A stretch of DNA of 64,000 bases from an uncultured Candidatus Poseidoniales archaeon (GTDB lineage: Archaea; Thermoplasmatota; Poseidoniia; Poseidoniales; Poseidoniaceae). Below are positions 20,239 through 30,286 of the stretch, in pieces. The position numbers and the translations under genes are program-made. The stretch lies in NCBI GenBank assembly GCA_902605365.1, contig CACLCM010000001.1, forward strand, positions 82,595 to 146,594, read 5' to 3'. The notes under the pieces were generated by a model, which saw only the letters and a list, made by a program, of their open reading frames with translations, had not been told where the DNA came from and did no database searches. The first letter of the stretch is position 1. Each line of letters starts with the position of its first letter.

Positions 20239-21117
20239 TCATTGCGAGACATCTTTCCAGTTTCCAGATTCTATTTCACGATACGAGTCTAGAGATTGCG
20301 CATAGTGATAGACATAGGCCCATTTTTCACCTTGTTCAGTATTCACCTTTTGGATTGATTTAGAGAACAAGGGGTCGCTTCCTCCGCTCCCTTCAATCAA
20401 GTCTAAAGTCTGAATTACATCAAGCATATCTTCTGCTTGGAACACCTCTCCATAGACTGTTCTCTCTCCTGCTACGAGTCCAGGATAATTTCCTAAATCG
20501 TACAACTCTCCTTGAACAGTACCTTTGCAAATAAATTCACAACCTTCCTCTAATACGTTATGACGCAACATTCCTTTCATCAGTGTCCCATAAACAAATA
20601 CAAGGTCAAATTTAGGTTTCGGGATTTCTCTGATAGCTCCATTCAACCAATTAGTAGGCATTCCTAATCGGTTCAATCCATTTCTAATCAGATTCTCGTA
20701 TTCTTCATTTGGTGGGTGGAACGATTTTTCTCTGGTATGGTGAATGTACGTGTAGGCTTCATGCGATTGCCCATCAGGCGTGAAAACGGTTACTCTTTCC
20801 CTTCTGTAATATTTAGGGTTTGGATGACCTTCTTTTTTGTCTAGGATATCTCTTGTGTATTCATCTATTTCGAATAGAGCGCCTGGGGTGGCCGCTCTGC
20901 CTGAACCAAGGAATCTAAGATTCGCAGCTCCTGCTCCTCTAGTTACTGAAAAGTAGTTGAAATCTAGAACAAAACCATCAATCCAAGCAGGTCCAATTTC
21001 TTTCATGCCATCGTGCTTGAATCCTCTTTGCCTACACCATCTAGTCCAATCTTCTTTGTCGAGGTTAGAGCCATAACCAAAGTATAGCATTGGTTTAGAA
21101 TTGTTTCTTTTTTGCAT
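20239..21117 (-). CDS. tandem gamma-glutamylcyclotransferase (GGCT/AIG2-like) domain protein
   Basis: Two signature starts, YFGYGSNL and VFVYGTLM, each followed by LD..EG. Confidence 0.85.
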   Translation of the reverse strand: MQKRNNSKPMLYFGYGSNLDKEDWTRWCRQRGFKHDGMKEIGPAWIDGFVLDFNYFSVTRGAGAANLRFLGSGRAATPGALFEIDEYTRDILDKKEGHPNPKYYRRERVTVFTPDGQSHEAYTYIHHTREKSFHPPNEEYENLIRNGLNRLGMPTNWLNGAIREIPKPKFDLVFVYGTLMKGMLRHNVLEEGCEFICKGTVQGELYDLGNYPGLVAGERTVYGEVFQAEDMLDVIQTLDLIEGSGGSDPLFSKSIQKVNTEQGEKWAYVYHYAQSLDSYREIESGNWKDVSQ

Positions 21118-21161
21118 ATGGCAGAGTTATATTGGGGACTATTAAACCCTTAGATTTACAA

Positions 21162-22100
21162 TCATTTTTTCTTTCGCATTACTACGAATAAAATTAGAAG
21201 AAGGAGTATACCTCCTCCGCCTCCTCCATAGATCAGCAATTGATTATCAGATGTGCCTGAAATAATTTTGTCCGATTCACTCGCTTCTGCAAATACGGTA
21301 ATCGTAGTAGTTACTGTCTCAGTAAGGCAGTTACCTTCATTTTTACAACTGAAGTCACTTGTTGCAATGAAATCTAATTCGAATGTCATTTCATGCTGGC
21401 CTTCAGAATTAATTGGCCAATCTTCGTAACCAGTTGGAGTTCTCATTATTACACGAACTGTCATTGGTGCTACCATCGATTGTATTTCCACCTTAACCAT
21501 GGGTAAAGAGATGGAAAATCCAGCATTTTCCAAAACACGTAGAGAGTCATATTCCACTGCCAATAGAAACCTATCCATGCCATTTCCGAGGTTGTAAACC
21601 CTAAACTGTAGATTGTAATCTACTTTTGTTTGTAAAGTTATTAACGATTCAACAGCTTCCACTTGCAATCCTGAATATTGCATAATATTAACTATCATAT
21701 TAGCTTCAGATTCGGCAGTATTTGGAGGAGGAACTCCCATGGCTTCAGTAACAGTCGCTTTGACATTTAGGGTTCTGGTAGACATAGGCATACCTTGGTT
21801 GGCTTTAACTGTCACAACAAACTCTTCTTCTCCATTAGGCCCAAGTGTAATTGAACCAGGATGAGATACTGCTAATCCATCAGCTTGAACTTGGATTTCG
21901 ATTGTTTCTTGATATGAATTAGGGTTGCTAACAATACAATTTGCATGGCCTGTTAATGTAGCCCCTGGATATACTTGAATTGCTACGGCTCCATCACAGG
22001 TTATACTTACATCCGGGGCGCCAACTTGTGCTTCAACAGTAGGTACAGGCATTGCAGAGAGAAGGAAGATTAGAATTAGCACAGTCGCCTTCAGTCTCAT
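21162..22100 (-). CDS. choice-of-anchor T-like surface protein
   Basis: Signal peptide, C...I.VYPG...C.VSNPN, Ig-like segments, C-terminal GGGGG-TM-basic tail. Confidence 0.6.
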   Translation of the reverse strand: MRLKATVLILIFLLSAMPVPTVEAQVGAPDVSITCDGAVAIQVYPGATLTGHANCIVSNPNSYQETIEIQVQADGLAVSHPGSITLGPNGEEEFVVTVKANQGMPMSTRTLNVKATVTEAMGVPPPNTAESEANMIVNIMQYSGLQVEAVESLITLQTKVDYNLQFRVYNLGNGMDRFLLAVEYDSLRVLENAGFSISLPMVKVEIQSMVAPMTVRVIMRTPTGYEDWPINSEGQHEMTFELDFIATSDFSCKNEGNCLTETVTTTITVFAEASESDKIISGTSDNQLLIYGGGGGGILLLLILFVVMRKKK

Positions 22101-22151
22101 GCCTTCATGCGCTATTTGGTTGGTATTCAACATTTCCCGGTTTTTTGGAAA

Positions 22152-22766
22152 TCATTTCTTCGATAAATGTAATCTCACTACGTGCGCTTGGCCTCTGTGT
22201 AAGTCGGATTCTTCTAATTCTACAGTTTCGACTTTAGCATGAATTATTGTGAAACCTTCACCAATTACTTCCATCACTTCATCGAGGTCCCAGAGTAAAT
22301 CAAGGCTCTTGGGACCACCACTTGTCATTTCTATTTGGCTGGTGTGGTATCCTTCACAAATGAATTCTCCACCCGGTTTTAGCGAAGAAAGCATACGCGG
22401 ATAATGTTCACAAAACATTGACCAAGGGACGTGAAACCAAGAACATGCGATCAAATCATATTCCTGTTTTGAAAAATCACGGATTGCCAAATCATCCACT
22501 TCATAGTGAACTTCAACACCTCTTTCTTTAGCCAATAAAGCACACTTCTCCTTTCCAACATCAGATAGGTCGAATACGGTGGTGTCGTATCCTTGAGATG
22601 CAATCCAAACCGCGTTTCTTCCTTCTCCATCTGCAGGAACAAGCGCCTTTCCTGAACCGGGTTTAATCCTCATCTCAAGCCAAGCGTTGGGCTCTTTTCC
22701 ATACGCCCAACCACTTCCTGAAAATCTAGCATTCCATGCTTCTGCACCGAACCTTACATTACTCAT
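22152..22766 (-). CDS. class I SAM-dependent methyltransferase (TehB-like)
   Basis: WNARF...YG.EPN, ADGEGRNAVWIA, SGGP motifs. Confidence 0.85.
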   Translation of the reverse strand: MSNVRFGAEAWNARFSGSGWAYGKEPNAWLEMRIKPGSGKALVPADGEGRNAVWIASQGYDTTVFDLSDVGKEKCALLAKERGVEVHYEVDDLAIRDFSKQEYDLIACSWFHVPWSMFCEHYPRMLSSLKPGGEFICEGYHTSQIEMTSGGPKSLDLLWDLDEVMEVIGEGFTIIHAKVETVELEESDLHRGQAHVVRLHLSKK

Positions 22767-24831
22767 CCTTCTCAACCTTCTTGAATTTGATAAGCCCTAC
22801 ATCTTCGATAATTTCACAATTTCCTGGCAGTATGGGTAGGATGTCATCTACAGACAAGCCAGTCGATTTATAGATTCGATTCGCCACATTTTCCTTCTTC
22901 TCACGGCCGGGGGCGATCACGATATATCTGTTACAAATATCTGCAATGTGCTCAGGTGTTGAGGCCATTAGCATCGGAATTCCATTTATTGCAATTAGGC
23001 CGATTCCAAGTTTCAAATCGATGTCCTTGTACCAAGTTCTTTTCCCACGAATTATGAATGCGCCCTTACCGACATACTCTCCAGTTTCTGCAGATTTCGA
23101 AACTTGCCCTGGTTTGACCCAGAACACAGTTCCATGAGCTCCGCCTCCATTCCATGCTCTGCTCCAAGCAAGAGCCATTGTGGCTGCAATCTCTGTTGTT
23201 TCATCATCCAAATCGGCTTCTACTTTGTCGACTAAGCGGAAAGCCGGAATGTCTTCTCCAATGTGTGCAGGTGGCTGAGCATCAACGATGAATCCCTGAT
23301 TGTTTCGTAGTGAGCATGAAGGCGCTCCGTGTAAGTCTGCGTGGAGGTAACGGTCTCCCAGCGACAAATGCCTTTTGACAACCGAATCATTGCCTTTAGC
23401 ATCACGCCCACCAACCATCAAATGACCACTTGGAAGCATTGACCATTTGTGGTTTTCAAACCAAAGGCGTTTCGACCTTTTCACCCTTGCAATCTGTCCG
23501 CTAGCCTCTCTTTTAGCATGCTTCTTTTGAGCTCTTGCAAGTTCTAATTTCGTGTCCTTTAATGCTTGAATTGCCCCAGCAGACTTGTCTTTTTGCTTAC
23601 GGCCTGATTGGAAAAATCGTTGTGCGTTCTGATGGACAGTTTCATCGAGGTTTAGAGACACCTGTTTGCCAGGATTCCCTTCCTCATCAGGCAAGAATGC
23701 GATGAAACTCCTCTCCGCTGCATTAACTGAACTAATCCATTCAATTTCCTTTACCGCTTTCTTTACCCCATCCCAACCCAAAGTGTCTACAGCCTCTTTT
23801 ATTTGTGCTAATAATTGTTCAACATGAGTCCAGTTTTCTTGAATCATATGGCCTATTGCCTGTTGTTTCTCGACCTTATCTCCAAAACCTTCTAGCGATT
23901 TTTCCTGTTGTGCAAGACGCCTTTCTAGACGCTCTACATCTGTTGAATATCCTCTTCCAGGCGATGCAACATCTAGCGCTTCAGCCTCTCTCCTCGATAA
24001 TGCATGGGCGTCATGTAATCCCATCCACTCATCAACAGCCTCACACATAGTCGGGAAATCTTTCCTCTCTCTATCTTCTAGAGTTGAGAGAACTAATGGC
24101 CATGCTTGGTCCACTCCGCCTTCTTTTAGGAATAGATGACCTTTCCATTCACTTTGCAATAAGTTCTGTAATGAATCCCATACTTTCTGTAAATCAGTTT
24201 CTTTTATCTCTGCATTAGCATCATGTTTTGCATCCGCACAAACAGCAGTCGCCAATGCTCCACCAAGATTCAATCCTCCTCCTAGAGTTTTACCAAGTGT
24301 TCTTTCACTAGCATTCATCAATTCAGAAAATGAGTCAAAATCTAGGTCAAAAGGATTGGTTGCTGCAGGGGGTAAGGTGTATGCAACACCCTTCTTGAGA
24401 ACTCTATCTGCATATGATTTGTGAGTAAGAGGTTGGATGATTATGTCATCCTCATCGGTCAAAATGATATTACCGTCTCTGAATACTTCAACATAGAGAT
24501 GAAGCATTCCGTGCCCCTTTTCGAAAACAAAGCGCAAAACACGGTCAAATCCGATTTGCTCGATTACTTTGAGTCTGGCATTGGAAAGGGATTTTCTCAA
24601 TACCATTGCAAATGGTGCTGGTATTTGCGGCATTGGGCGGTCTCTTTTACTGGTGTAAATTCGCTTTCCACGAACCATTACCAGATCGGTATTTCCGCCT
24701 TCTTTGGACCTTAATCGTAGTACTACTTGCTCGTAGTGTGGCTGGTAGCACTTTCTGCAATGAGCACCGACCATTACTTGCAACTCGCTAACAACAGCGC
24801 GCAAGTCAAGTCCGCTCATCACATCCTTCAT
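22759..24831 (-). CDS. rqcH: archaeal RqcH/Rqc2 (NFACT) ribosome quality-control protein
   Basis: MSGLDL, FAMVLRK, QIGFDRV, EVFRDGNIILTD, coiled coils, NFACT-R GGRDA..N/HADLHGAP, QVSK.AETGEY..KGAFIIRGKR. ATGA overlap with the upstream gene. Confidence 0.9.
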   Translation of the reverse strand: MKDVMSGLDLRAVVSELQVMVGAHCRKCYQPHYEQVVLRLRSKEGGNTDLVMVRGKRIYTSKRDRPMPQIPAPFAMVLRKSLSNARLKVIEQIGFDRVLRFVFEKGHGMLHLYVEVFRDGNIILTDEDDIIIQPLTHKSYADRVLKKGVAYTLPPAATNPFDLDFDSFSELMNASERTLGKTLGGGLNLGGALATAVCADAKHDANAEIKETDLQKVWDSLQNLLQSEWKGHLFLKEGGVDQAWPLVLSTLEDRERKDFPTMCEAVDEWMGLHDAHALSRREAEALDVASPGRGYSTDVERLERRLAQQEKSLEGFGDKVEKQQAIGHMIQENWTHVEQLLAQIKEAVDTLGWDGVKKAVKEIEWISSVNAAERSFIAFLPDEEGNPGKQVSLNLDETVHQNAQRFFQSGRKQKDKSAGAIQALKDTKLELARAQKKHAKREASGQIARVKRSKRLWFENHKWSMLPSGHLMVGGRDAKGNDSVVKRHLSLGDRYLHADLHGAPSCSLRNNQGFIVDAQPPAHIGEDIPAFRLVDKVEADLDDETTEIAATMALAWSRAWNGGGAHGTVFWVKPGQVSKSAETGEYVGKGAFIIRGKRTWYKDIDLKLGIGLIAINGIPMLMASTPEHIADICNRYIVIAPGREKKENVANRIYKSTGLSVDDILPILPGNCEIIEDVGLIKFKKVEKDE

Positions 24832-26294
24832 GGCCGCACCCATCCACCGTCAGTGCTTCTTACATTTCCACCCTTCTCATGGGATAGCAAGTGAGACAGT
24901 GTCTGGTCAACAGATAGTCCTGGGTGTGCATTAGGAGTATCAGAATAAGCGACTTTGGCAATTTCTTCTAGGACTGAATGACCTGCTTCAACAGCAGCTA
25001 ATACCTTGTCGTGTCTAATTGAGCGATGTCGAATATAATGTTCTAGAGTACGGTATGGAAGTGGTATAACTGGTCCATGAGAAGGGAACATTAGGTGGGG
25101 GTCCAAGTCCAGCAAACGCTCTAACTGCTCAATGTAAGTCACCATCTCGCCTTGATGTGGGGGGACTAGAATAGTTCCTATTCCGGCAACCATGTCTCCT
25201 GCAATCAATCCTGAATCAGAAATCAGGCAGAGATGTTCTGGATGGTGACCAGGTGTGTGAAGAACAGTCCATTCTTGGTTTCCTAATTTGAGAACTTCAC
25301 CATCTTTCAGTATTCTATCAGCAGTAGGTGCTGCTGACCAAATCGGTACGTCAAAAGCCTCTTTCAATAGCCCAGAATCTGCGATATGGTCTCCATGGCT
25401 ATGAGTATAGAATACGGCAACTAATTCGCCCTTGTGCCTCTCGACAGCCTCTGCAACATCTTCCATTCCTTCTCGATGTCTAAATGCGGGGTCTACTACA
25501 ATGAAATCCCCTTCTGGGTCTCCAACCAAGTAGCAATTCGTATGGTCAGCAGGAGGGAGAGTTGCAGTCTTTACAGGTACGACCTCAACTCCTTGAGCGA
25601 AAAGAATTGAGCGGCGACCTGGTTTACGTGCTTCTAAGTCAATAGCGACCCTTGTCATGTCCTGGTCCATCATCGAAAGGCATCTTTCTACTTCCATTAG
25701 AAGAGTTACAACCGGTGGTGCTACCTTGATTGCATTATTCTGCCATGCTCCGATTATGTCACGAGGACGCATCCATCTCGCATCTTCAAATTCAGTTTGA
25801 CCAACCAGTGAAAACTCATCATGTTCCTTGGAATGGATATGTAGGAATGTATTCTCAAACCTCATCGGCCCAAATGGCGGAGTAGTCCTCATCGATATGA
25901 TTCGCATACCGGTGGTATCAGATGGAATGTCACCGTCTAGTGCAAGAGGGAACCAATTCGCCTTGTCATCGACTACCATTCTTCTGAAATCTTCCTCTAC
26001 AGATACCAATTTACCGCCTTGAGGAGCCAGTCCTAATTCCTCGACAAGTTCTCGCAAAATCGCACAGTGTTGAACAGAAATTCCGATAACTTCACTCGCA
26101 GCTTTGTCAACACGTGAGACTCCACCACCTGGAAATGCCCAGTATCCGGGGAATGAGGGCATTGTTTCACAGCGCTGTCCAAGAAGGACTTCAACGCCAT
26201 CATCGCCATCTCGTGTTATCATTAGAGTCGCAGATGGACGGGGAGGTTTTCTCTCAAAATCTGGCAGTGACACACCGGACGGGACCTCGCTCAT
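24828..26294 (-). CDS. NUDIX + metallo-beta-lactamase (LACTB2-like) fusion hydrolase
   Basis: FPGG.V...RELVEELG (Nudix); TLPPA.HTNCY, THSHGDH, TPGH, GDM, PSHG and a winged-helix-like C-terminus. Confidence 0.85.
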   Translation of the reverse strand: MSEVPSGVSLPDFERKPPRPSATLMITRDGDDGVEVLLGQRCETMPSFPGYWAFPGGGVSRVDKAASEVIGISVQHCAILRELVEELGLAPQGGKLVSVEEDFRRMVVDDKANWFPLALDGDIPSDTTGMRIISMRTTPPFGPMRFENTFLHIHSKEHDEFSLVGQTEFEDARWMRPRDIIGAWQNNAIKVAPPVVTLLMEVERCLSMMDQDMTRVAIDLEARKPGRRSILFAQGVEVVPVKTATLPPADHTNCYLVGDPEGDFIVVDPAFRHREGMEDVAEAVERHKGELVAVFYTHSHGDHIADSGLLKEAFDVPIWSAAPTADRILKDGEVLKLGNQEWTVLHTPGHHPEHLCLISDSGLIAGDMVAGIGTILVPPHQGEMVTYIEQLERLLDLDPHLMFPSHGPVIPLPYRTLEHYIRHRSIRHDKVLAAVEAGHSVLEEIAKVAYSDTPNAHPGLSVDQTLSHLLSHEKGGNVRSTDGGWVRP

Positions 26295-26347
26295 ATTGCG
26301 GGCCAACACACAAATGGTTTCAAGACATAACATGGTCTGGCACCTCC

Positions 26348-26518
26348 ATGGTCACAATTGAGGAGGATCTCGAGATGTTGGCCACAGCTATTGACATGGG
26401 AATAGATCCGTTCCCTCCTCCAAGAAAAAAGAGACCTTGGGCAAAGTATGCTATCGCTTCTTTCATGTCGATTATGATGATCAGTTGGGTCTCCAAATTC
26501 CTAATGCGGTTCGCGTGA
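26348..26518 (+). CDS. small membrane protein (56 aa)
   Basis: MVTIEEDLEMLATAIDMGIDPFPPPRKKRPW plus one TM helix; non-overlapping part of ORF 26114..26518. Confidence 0.6.
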   Translation: MVTIEEDLEMLATAIDMGIDPFPPPRKKRPWAKYAIASFMSIMMISWVSKFLMRFA

Positions 26519-26523
26519 AGAAA

Positions 26524-28185
26524 TCAAGCCTTGATGGACTCTAACTCTACAGGGTCTAATTTCAAACCTTTAGACATTTGAGTTCTTACGTATTCAGTCA
26601 CTTCTTTAGCGGTATCTTTTGATTCTTTAGTTCTCTTAGCAAGCGTTCGCATTGGCATTGCCATGCGATGATTTTTGGAGAAGTGAGATTGATTCTCCTC
26701 CAAGAAATTCCAATACATATCAGACATAGGACACGATTTTTTGAAGTGAAGTGAACAATCTCCACAGTAATCTCCCATTTTTTTGATGTAAGGAGTTCCG
26801 CTAACATATGGCTTAGTAGTCATCACATCACCTACAGCATAAGTCCCCATTGCTAGTACGTTTGGCTCGACTACCCAATCATAGGCATCAGTAAACATGG
26901 CCCAAAACCAGTCGGTTAATTCACGTGGATTAATTCCCAACAAATTACCGATATTAGCTAGTACCATCAGGCGAGGAATGTGGTGAGCATAACCTGTTTC
27001 AACAACATCAGAAACCGCAGTATCTAAGCACAGCATACCGCTTTTTTCTCCCCAATATGTTGGAGGTAAATCAAAATCGTTTCCAAGAACATTTGGTGTA
27101 ACTCTAGAGTTACTCCATTCACCTTCCCATCCGGCTCCACTGCGTGATGATAATTCTCCATCCTCAACTTCGAAACCATTGGTTAATTCGTGTACGTGAC
27201 GAACGAATTCCCTCCACCCAATTATTTGGCGTACGAATCCTTCTTTGGAGTTTAATGGAATGTCCAACTTCAATGTATCTTCAAGCAGATTTCTTGGCAT
27301 CAATCTGCCTAGGTTTAGCAGAGATGAAACAGTGGTGTGAAACAGTGTTTTGTGCTCTTTGGTCATAGCATCTTCATACGGGCCAAACCAGTGCATAACA
27401 GTTGATTTTGCCCAATCCCATAGGCGTGTAGAATCTTCATTGGATGCAGGTATATTCTCTTGGTTAATTTTCCCGGGATGATGTGAAAATTTGCTCTCAA
27501 CCATTTGTATTACTTCATTAGTAATCTGGTCTGGTTTGAAACTGGGCATCTGTGGTAGTTCAACCGCACTATCCCACGGTAGGCGATTCTGGTCATCTAA
27601 TGACCATGAACCACCTAATGGCTTACTATTTTCATCTAACAATATCGATTGGCTTTTCCTGATATGGCGATAGAATTTGTCCATTCTCCACGGAGGTTTA
27701 TCGCCCACGCTCGAGGTGAAATCTTCAGTTGTGGTTAACCATCCCTTGTGATTTAATAACTTGATTTTTCCAGTATCAATCAGATTTGAAATCGCTTTTC
27801 TCAAAGTAAGTTCAGCAGGCTTAGTTGCTGTAACCACTCCGTATTCATCTATTATTTCAGCAAGAACTTCAGAGTATCCTTTGTCGCTGAAAATGTACCT
27901 AATCGGGTGCCCAAGCCTTTGCATCTCAAGTGCGAAATGTCTCTGATTCGATAATTGCAGTACTAATTTCTGTTTGTGGTAGGGCAGTTGTTTTGCCTTC
28001 CAAGTAGTTTCAATAAATATCAGTCCAAGTTTACTAGCCTCAATTGCAGGAAGGAGTTCTTGATTCAGTTGGTCATATGTAACGAAGTGCCAGCGTTCCA
28101 CTCCGTTCGGAATGTCTAGTAAAGACGAAGCGAACGCTGACACATTACAAAGATTGTAGTTCTCCTTTTGAAAACTTGTTGCCAA
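26524..28185 (-). CDS. FeS-BCP cryptochrome/(6-4) photolyase (PhrB/CryB family)
   Basis: YDQL, HKQKL, WRMDKFYR, GG.WSLD.QNR, FGPYEDAM, GYAHHIPRLM, DAYDWV..PNV..M, TKPY, and 4 Cys for [4Fe-4S] (MLCL, YCGDC, SCP). True start may be GTG 28143. Confidence 0.9.
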   Translation of the reverse strand: MATSFQKENYNLCNVSAFASSLLDIPNGVERWHFVTYDQLNQELLPAIEASKLGLIFIETTWKAKQLPYHKQKLVLQLSNQRHFALEMQRLGHPIRYIFSDKGYSEVLAEIIDEYGVVTATKPAELTLRKAISNLIDTGKIKLLNHKGWLTTTEDFTSSVGDKPPWRMDKFYRHIRKSQSILLDENSKPLGGSWSLDDQNRLPWDSAVELPQMPSFKPDQITNEVIQMVESKFSHHPGKINQENIPASNEDSTRLWDWAKSTVMHWFGPYEDAMTKEHKTLFHTTVSSLLNLGRLMPRNLLEDTLKLDIPLNSKEGFVRQIIGWREFVRHVHELTNGFEVEDGELSSRSGAGWEGEWSNSRVTPNVLGNDFDLPPTYWGEKSGMLCLDTAVSDVVETGYAHHIPRLMVLANIGNLLGINPRELTDWFWAMFTDAYDWVVEPNVLAMGTYAVGDVMTTKPYVSGTPYIKKMGDYCGDCSLHFKKSCPMSDMYWNFLEENQSHFSKNHRMAMPMRTLAKRTKESKDTAKEVTEYVRTQMSKGLKLDPVELESIKA

Positions 28186-28233
28186 TCATAGAGTAATACA
28201 GACCTTATTAATTGAATTAGATTAGTGAAAGTT

Positions 28234-29058
28234 ATGCCTGAAGGACCTGAAATCCATCGTGCTGCGAATAGGATTCGCAAAGCACTGGAGGGCATGGTCA
28301 TCGAGGATGTTGAAATTACAATTCCAAGGTTCTCAGAATCTCATGAACAATTTCTTGGTAAGACGGTAAACCGAGTTGAAGCCCGTGGAAAGGCTATGCT
28401 GATCCACTTCGATAATTTCGTAATGTACAGTCACAATCAATTGTATGGAAGATGGACTGTTAACTTGAAGGATACAGCTCCAAAAAAATGGAATCGCGCT
28501 CTACGTGTTGCTCTTACAACAGAAAAGCACACTTGTAGACTGTGGTCTGCAACCGACATTTTGCTGATGGAGCCGTGGGAATTATCTGGCCATCCTTATC
28601 TTTCCAAACTTGGACCAGATGTCGTAATTCCTGAAACTACTGTAACTGAATTAGTTGAGCACATGAATGACAAGAGATTCCAGAGACGCCGATTGAAATC
28701 GCTATTACTAGACCAAGGTTTCTTTGCTGGAATTGGCAATTATCTACGCAGTGAGGTCTTATTCACTTCTGGCCTGCATCCCGATAGAACAGTTTCTTCA
28801 TTGAGCGATGAGGAAAAGAAAGTTTTAGCTGAGCAGGCACTCTTCTTATCTCGTCAATCATTCGATGTTCCTGGCATAACCGTCGACTTGGAAATGTATG
28901 ACAAATTACGTAGTTTTGGACAAACTAGAGGCCAGGCTAGGCATTGGGTATTCACTAGAAATGATATGGAATGCCATAACTGCAATTCCCTAATCATTCA
29001 TACCCGCCCTGGGGGCAGAAGGTTGGACTATTGTCCACAGTGTCAACCGGATTGCTAA
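28234..29058 (+). CDS. nei: endonuclease VIII (Nei/Fpg family DNA glycosylase)
   Basis: N-terminal MPEGPE, RGKAML, SHNQLYGRW, H2TH LLDQ.FFAGIGNYLRSE, C-terminal Cys4 zinc finger. Confidence 0.9.
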   Translation: MPEGPEIHRAANRIRKALEGMVIEDVEITIPRFSESHEQFLGKTVNRVEARGKAMLIHFDNFVMYSHNQLYGRWTVNLKDTAPKKWNRALRVALTTEKHTCRLWSATDILLMEPWELSGHPYLSKLGPDVVIPETTVTELVEHMNDKRFQRRRLKSLLLDQGFFAGIGNYLRSEVLFTSGLHPDRTVSSLSDEEKKVLAEQALFLSRQSFDVPGITVDLEMYDKLRSFGQTRGQARHWVFTRNDMECHNCNSLIIHTRPGGRRLDYCPQCQPDC

Positions 29059-29194
29059 TGCAACAAGTTCAACCTACATTTTCCCATAAGAGGGAAGTAG
29101 CTACGAGCAGTAAATACATTTGATAATAGTACTTTGAATTCCAAACTGAAAAGATACAAGATGTTTTTTTAACCGGTTCTTTTTGGCGCAGGAC

Positions 29195-30196
29195 ATGAGG
29201 GTAACTGGTCCCACCTTTGCGGCGATTCTGTTGCTTTCTGCAACCTTATCTGGTTGTATTGGTTTTGGAGATGAAGAAGATTCAAATTCAAAAAATCAGG
29301 ATGCTAACGGAGAAGACATTTATTCCATCCATTGTCAAGAATACGATGATCTTGAGAGGTGTTGGAAACTGCTAGTTCCCAATAGCGTAGAGAAAGATAC
29401 TCTAGTACCACTTGTAGTTGATATTCATGGTTATACCCAAGACATGGATAAGCACAACAATGTGACTGGTTTTGCTGATTTAGCAATAGAACAGGGGTTC
29501 ATGGTAGTCTATCCAGATGGATATGAGAACTCTTGGAATGCGGGTGATATTTGTTGCGGAATAGCCTTTGAAGAGGGCATTGATGACATGAGTTTCCTCT
29601 TAGGAATGGTAGAGCACTTGATTGAAACACAACCTGTCGATGCAAATCGGGTATATGTCTCTGGATGGTCAAATGGCTGTTCGATGACACAAATGCTTGC
29701 AACTCAAGCCAGTGAAGTATTTGCAGCTGCGGGATGTATGGCGATGTATTTGATTACCGCACCATCTCCAGATTATTCACCGGTTCCATTCATGGAAGTA
29801 CATGGACTATTAGATGATCTAATTCTGTATGGTAATACTGGACCACTCTATATCTTTGGCCAAGAAGAAGGATGGGCGAAGGAAGGAGCGTTGCAGAATC
29901 TTGAAGACTGGAGAAAGATGAACAATTGCTCCGGCTTAGCTCCTGAAATGATAACAGTTGAGACAGATTATGATATTCGAGGATATTCGAATTGTGATAA
30001 CGGGGCAGAAGTTCGTCTCATGACTCTAAACTATGCAGGTCATAATCCGTATGCAAAAGACTGTCCTGACTATCAATTAGATTCTGCTGGCGACCTACTT
30101 TGGTCGTGCAGGAAGAATCCGACAGGGATAGAATCTACACGTATTCTGTGGGAATTCTTGAGTGGTTTTTCTAAAAGTGATGAAGAATCGTTCTAA
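29195..30196 (+). CDS. secreted/lipoprotein alpha/beta-hydrolase, PHB-depolymerase/LpqC-like esterase
   Basis: Lipobox-like LSGC, PLVVDIHG, VVYPDG..SWNAG..CC, GWSNG nucleophile elbow, HG..D, GH. Confidence 0.8.
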   Translation: MRVTGPTFAAILLLSATLSGCIGFGDEEDSNSKNQDANGEDIYSIHCQEYDDLERCWKLLVPNSVEKDTLVPLVVDIHGYTQDMDKHNNVTGFADLAIEQGFMVVYPDGYENSWNAGDICCGIAFEEGIDDMSFLLGMVEHLIETQPVDANRVYVSGWSNGCSMTQMLATQASEVFAAAGCMAMYLITAPSPDYSPVPFMEVHGLLDDLILYGNTGPLYIFGQEEGWAKEGALQNLEDWRKMNNCSGLAPEMITVETDYDIRGYSNCDNGAEVRLMTLNYAGHNPYAKDCPDYQLDSAGDLLWSCRKNPTGIESTRILWEFLSGFSKSDEESF

Positions 30197-30234
30197 CCCG
30201 ATTTAGTTTGTAATCTGGTTTCAAGAACATAGGC

Positions 30235-30245
30235 CACGGTGTGTC
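30235..30245 (+). repeat. left direct repeat (putative att core)
   Basis: CACGGTGTGTC within the imperfect palindrome TAGGCCAC-GGT-GTGTCCTA. Confidence 0.65.
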
Positions 30246-30286
30246 CTAGACCTATTTTAATCAAATTCAACTATCGAGTTTGTACA

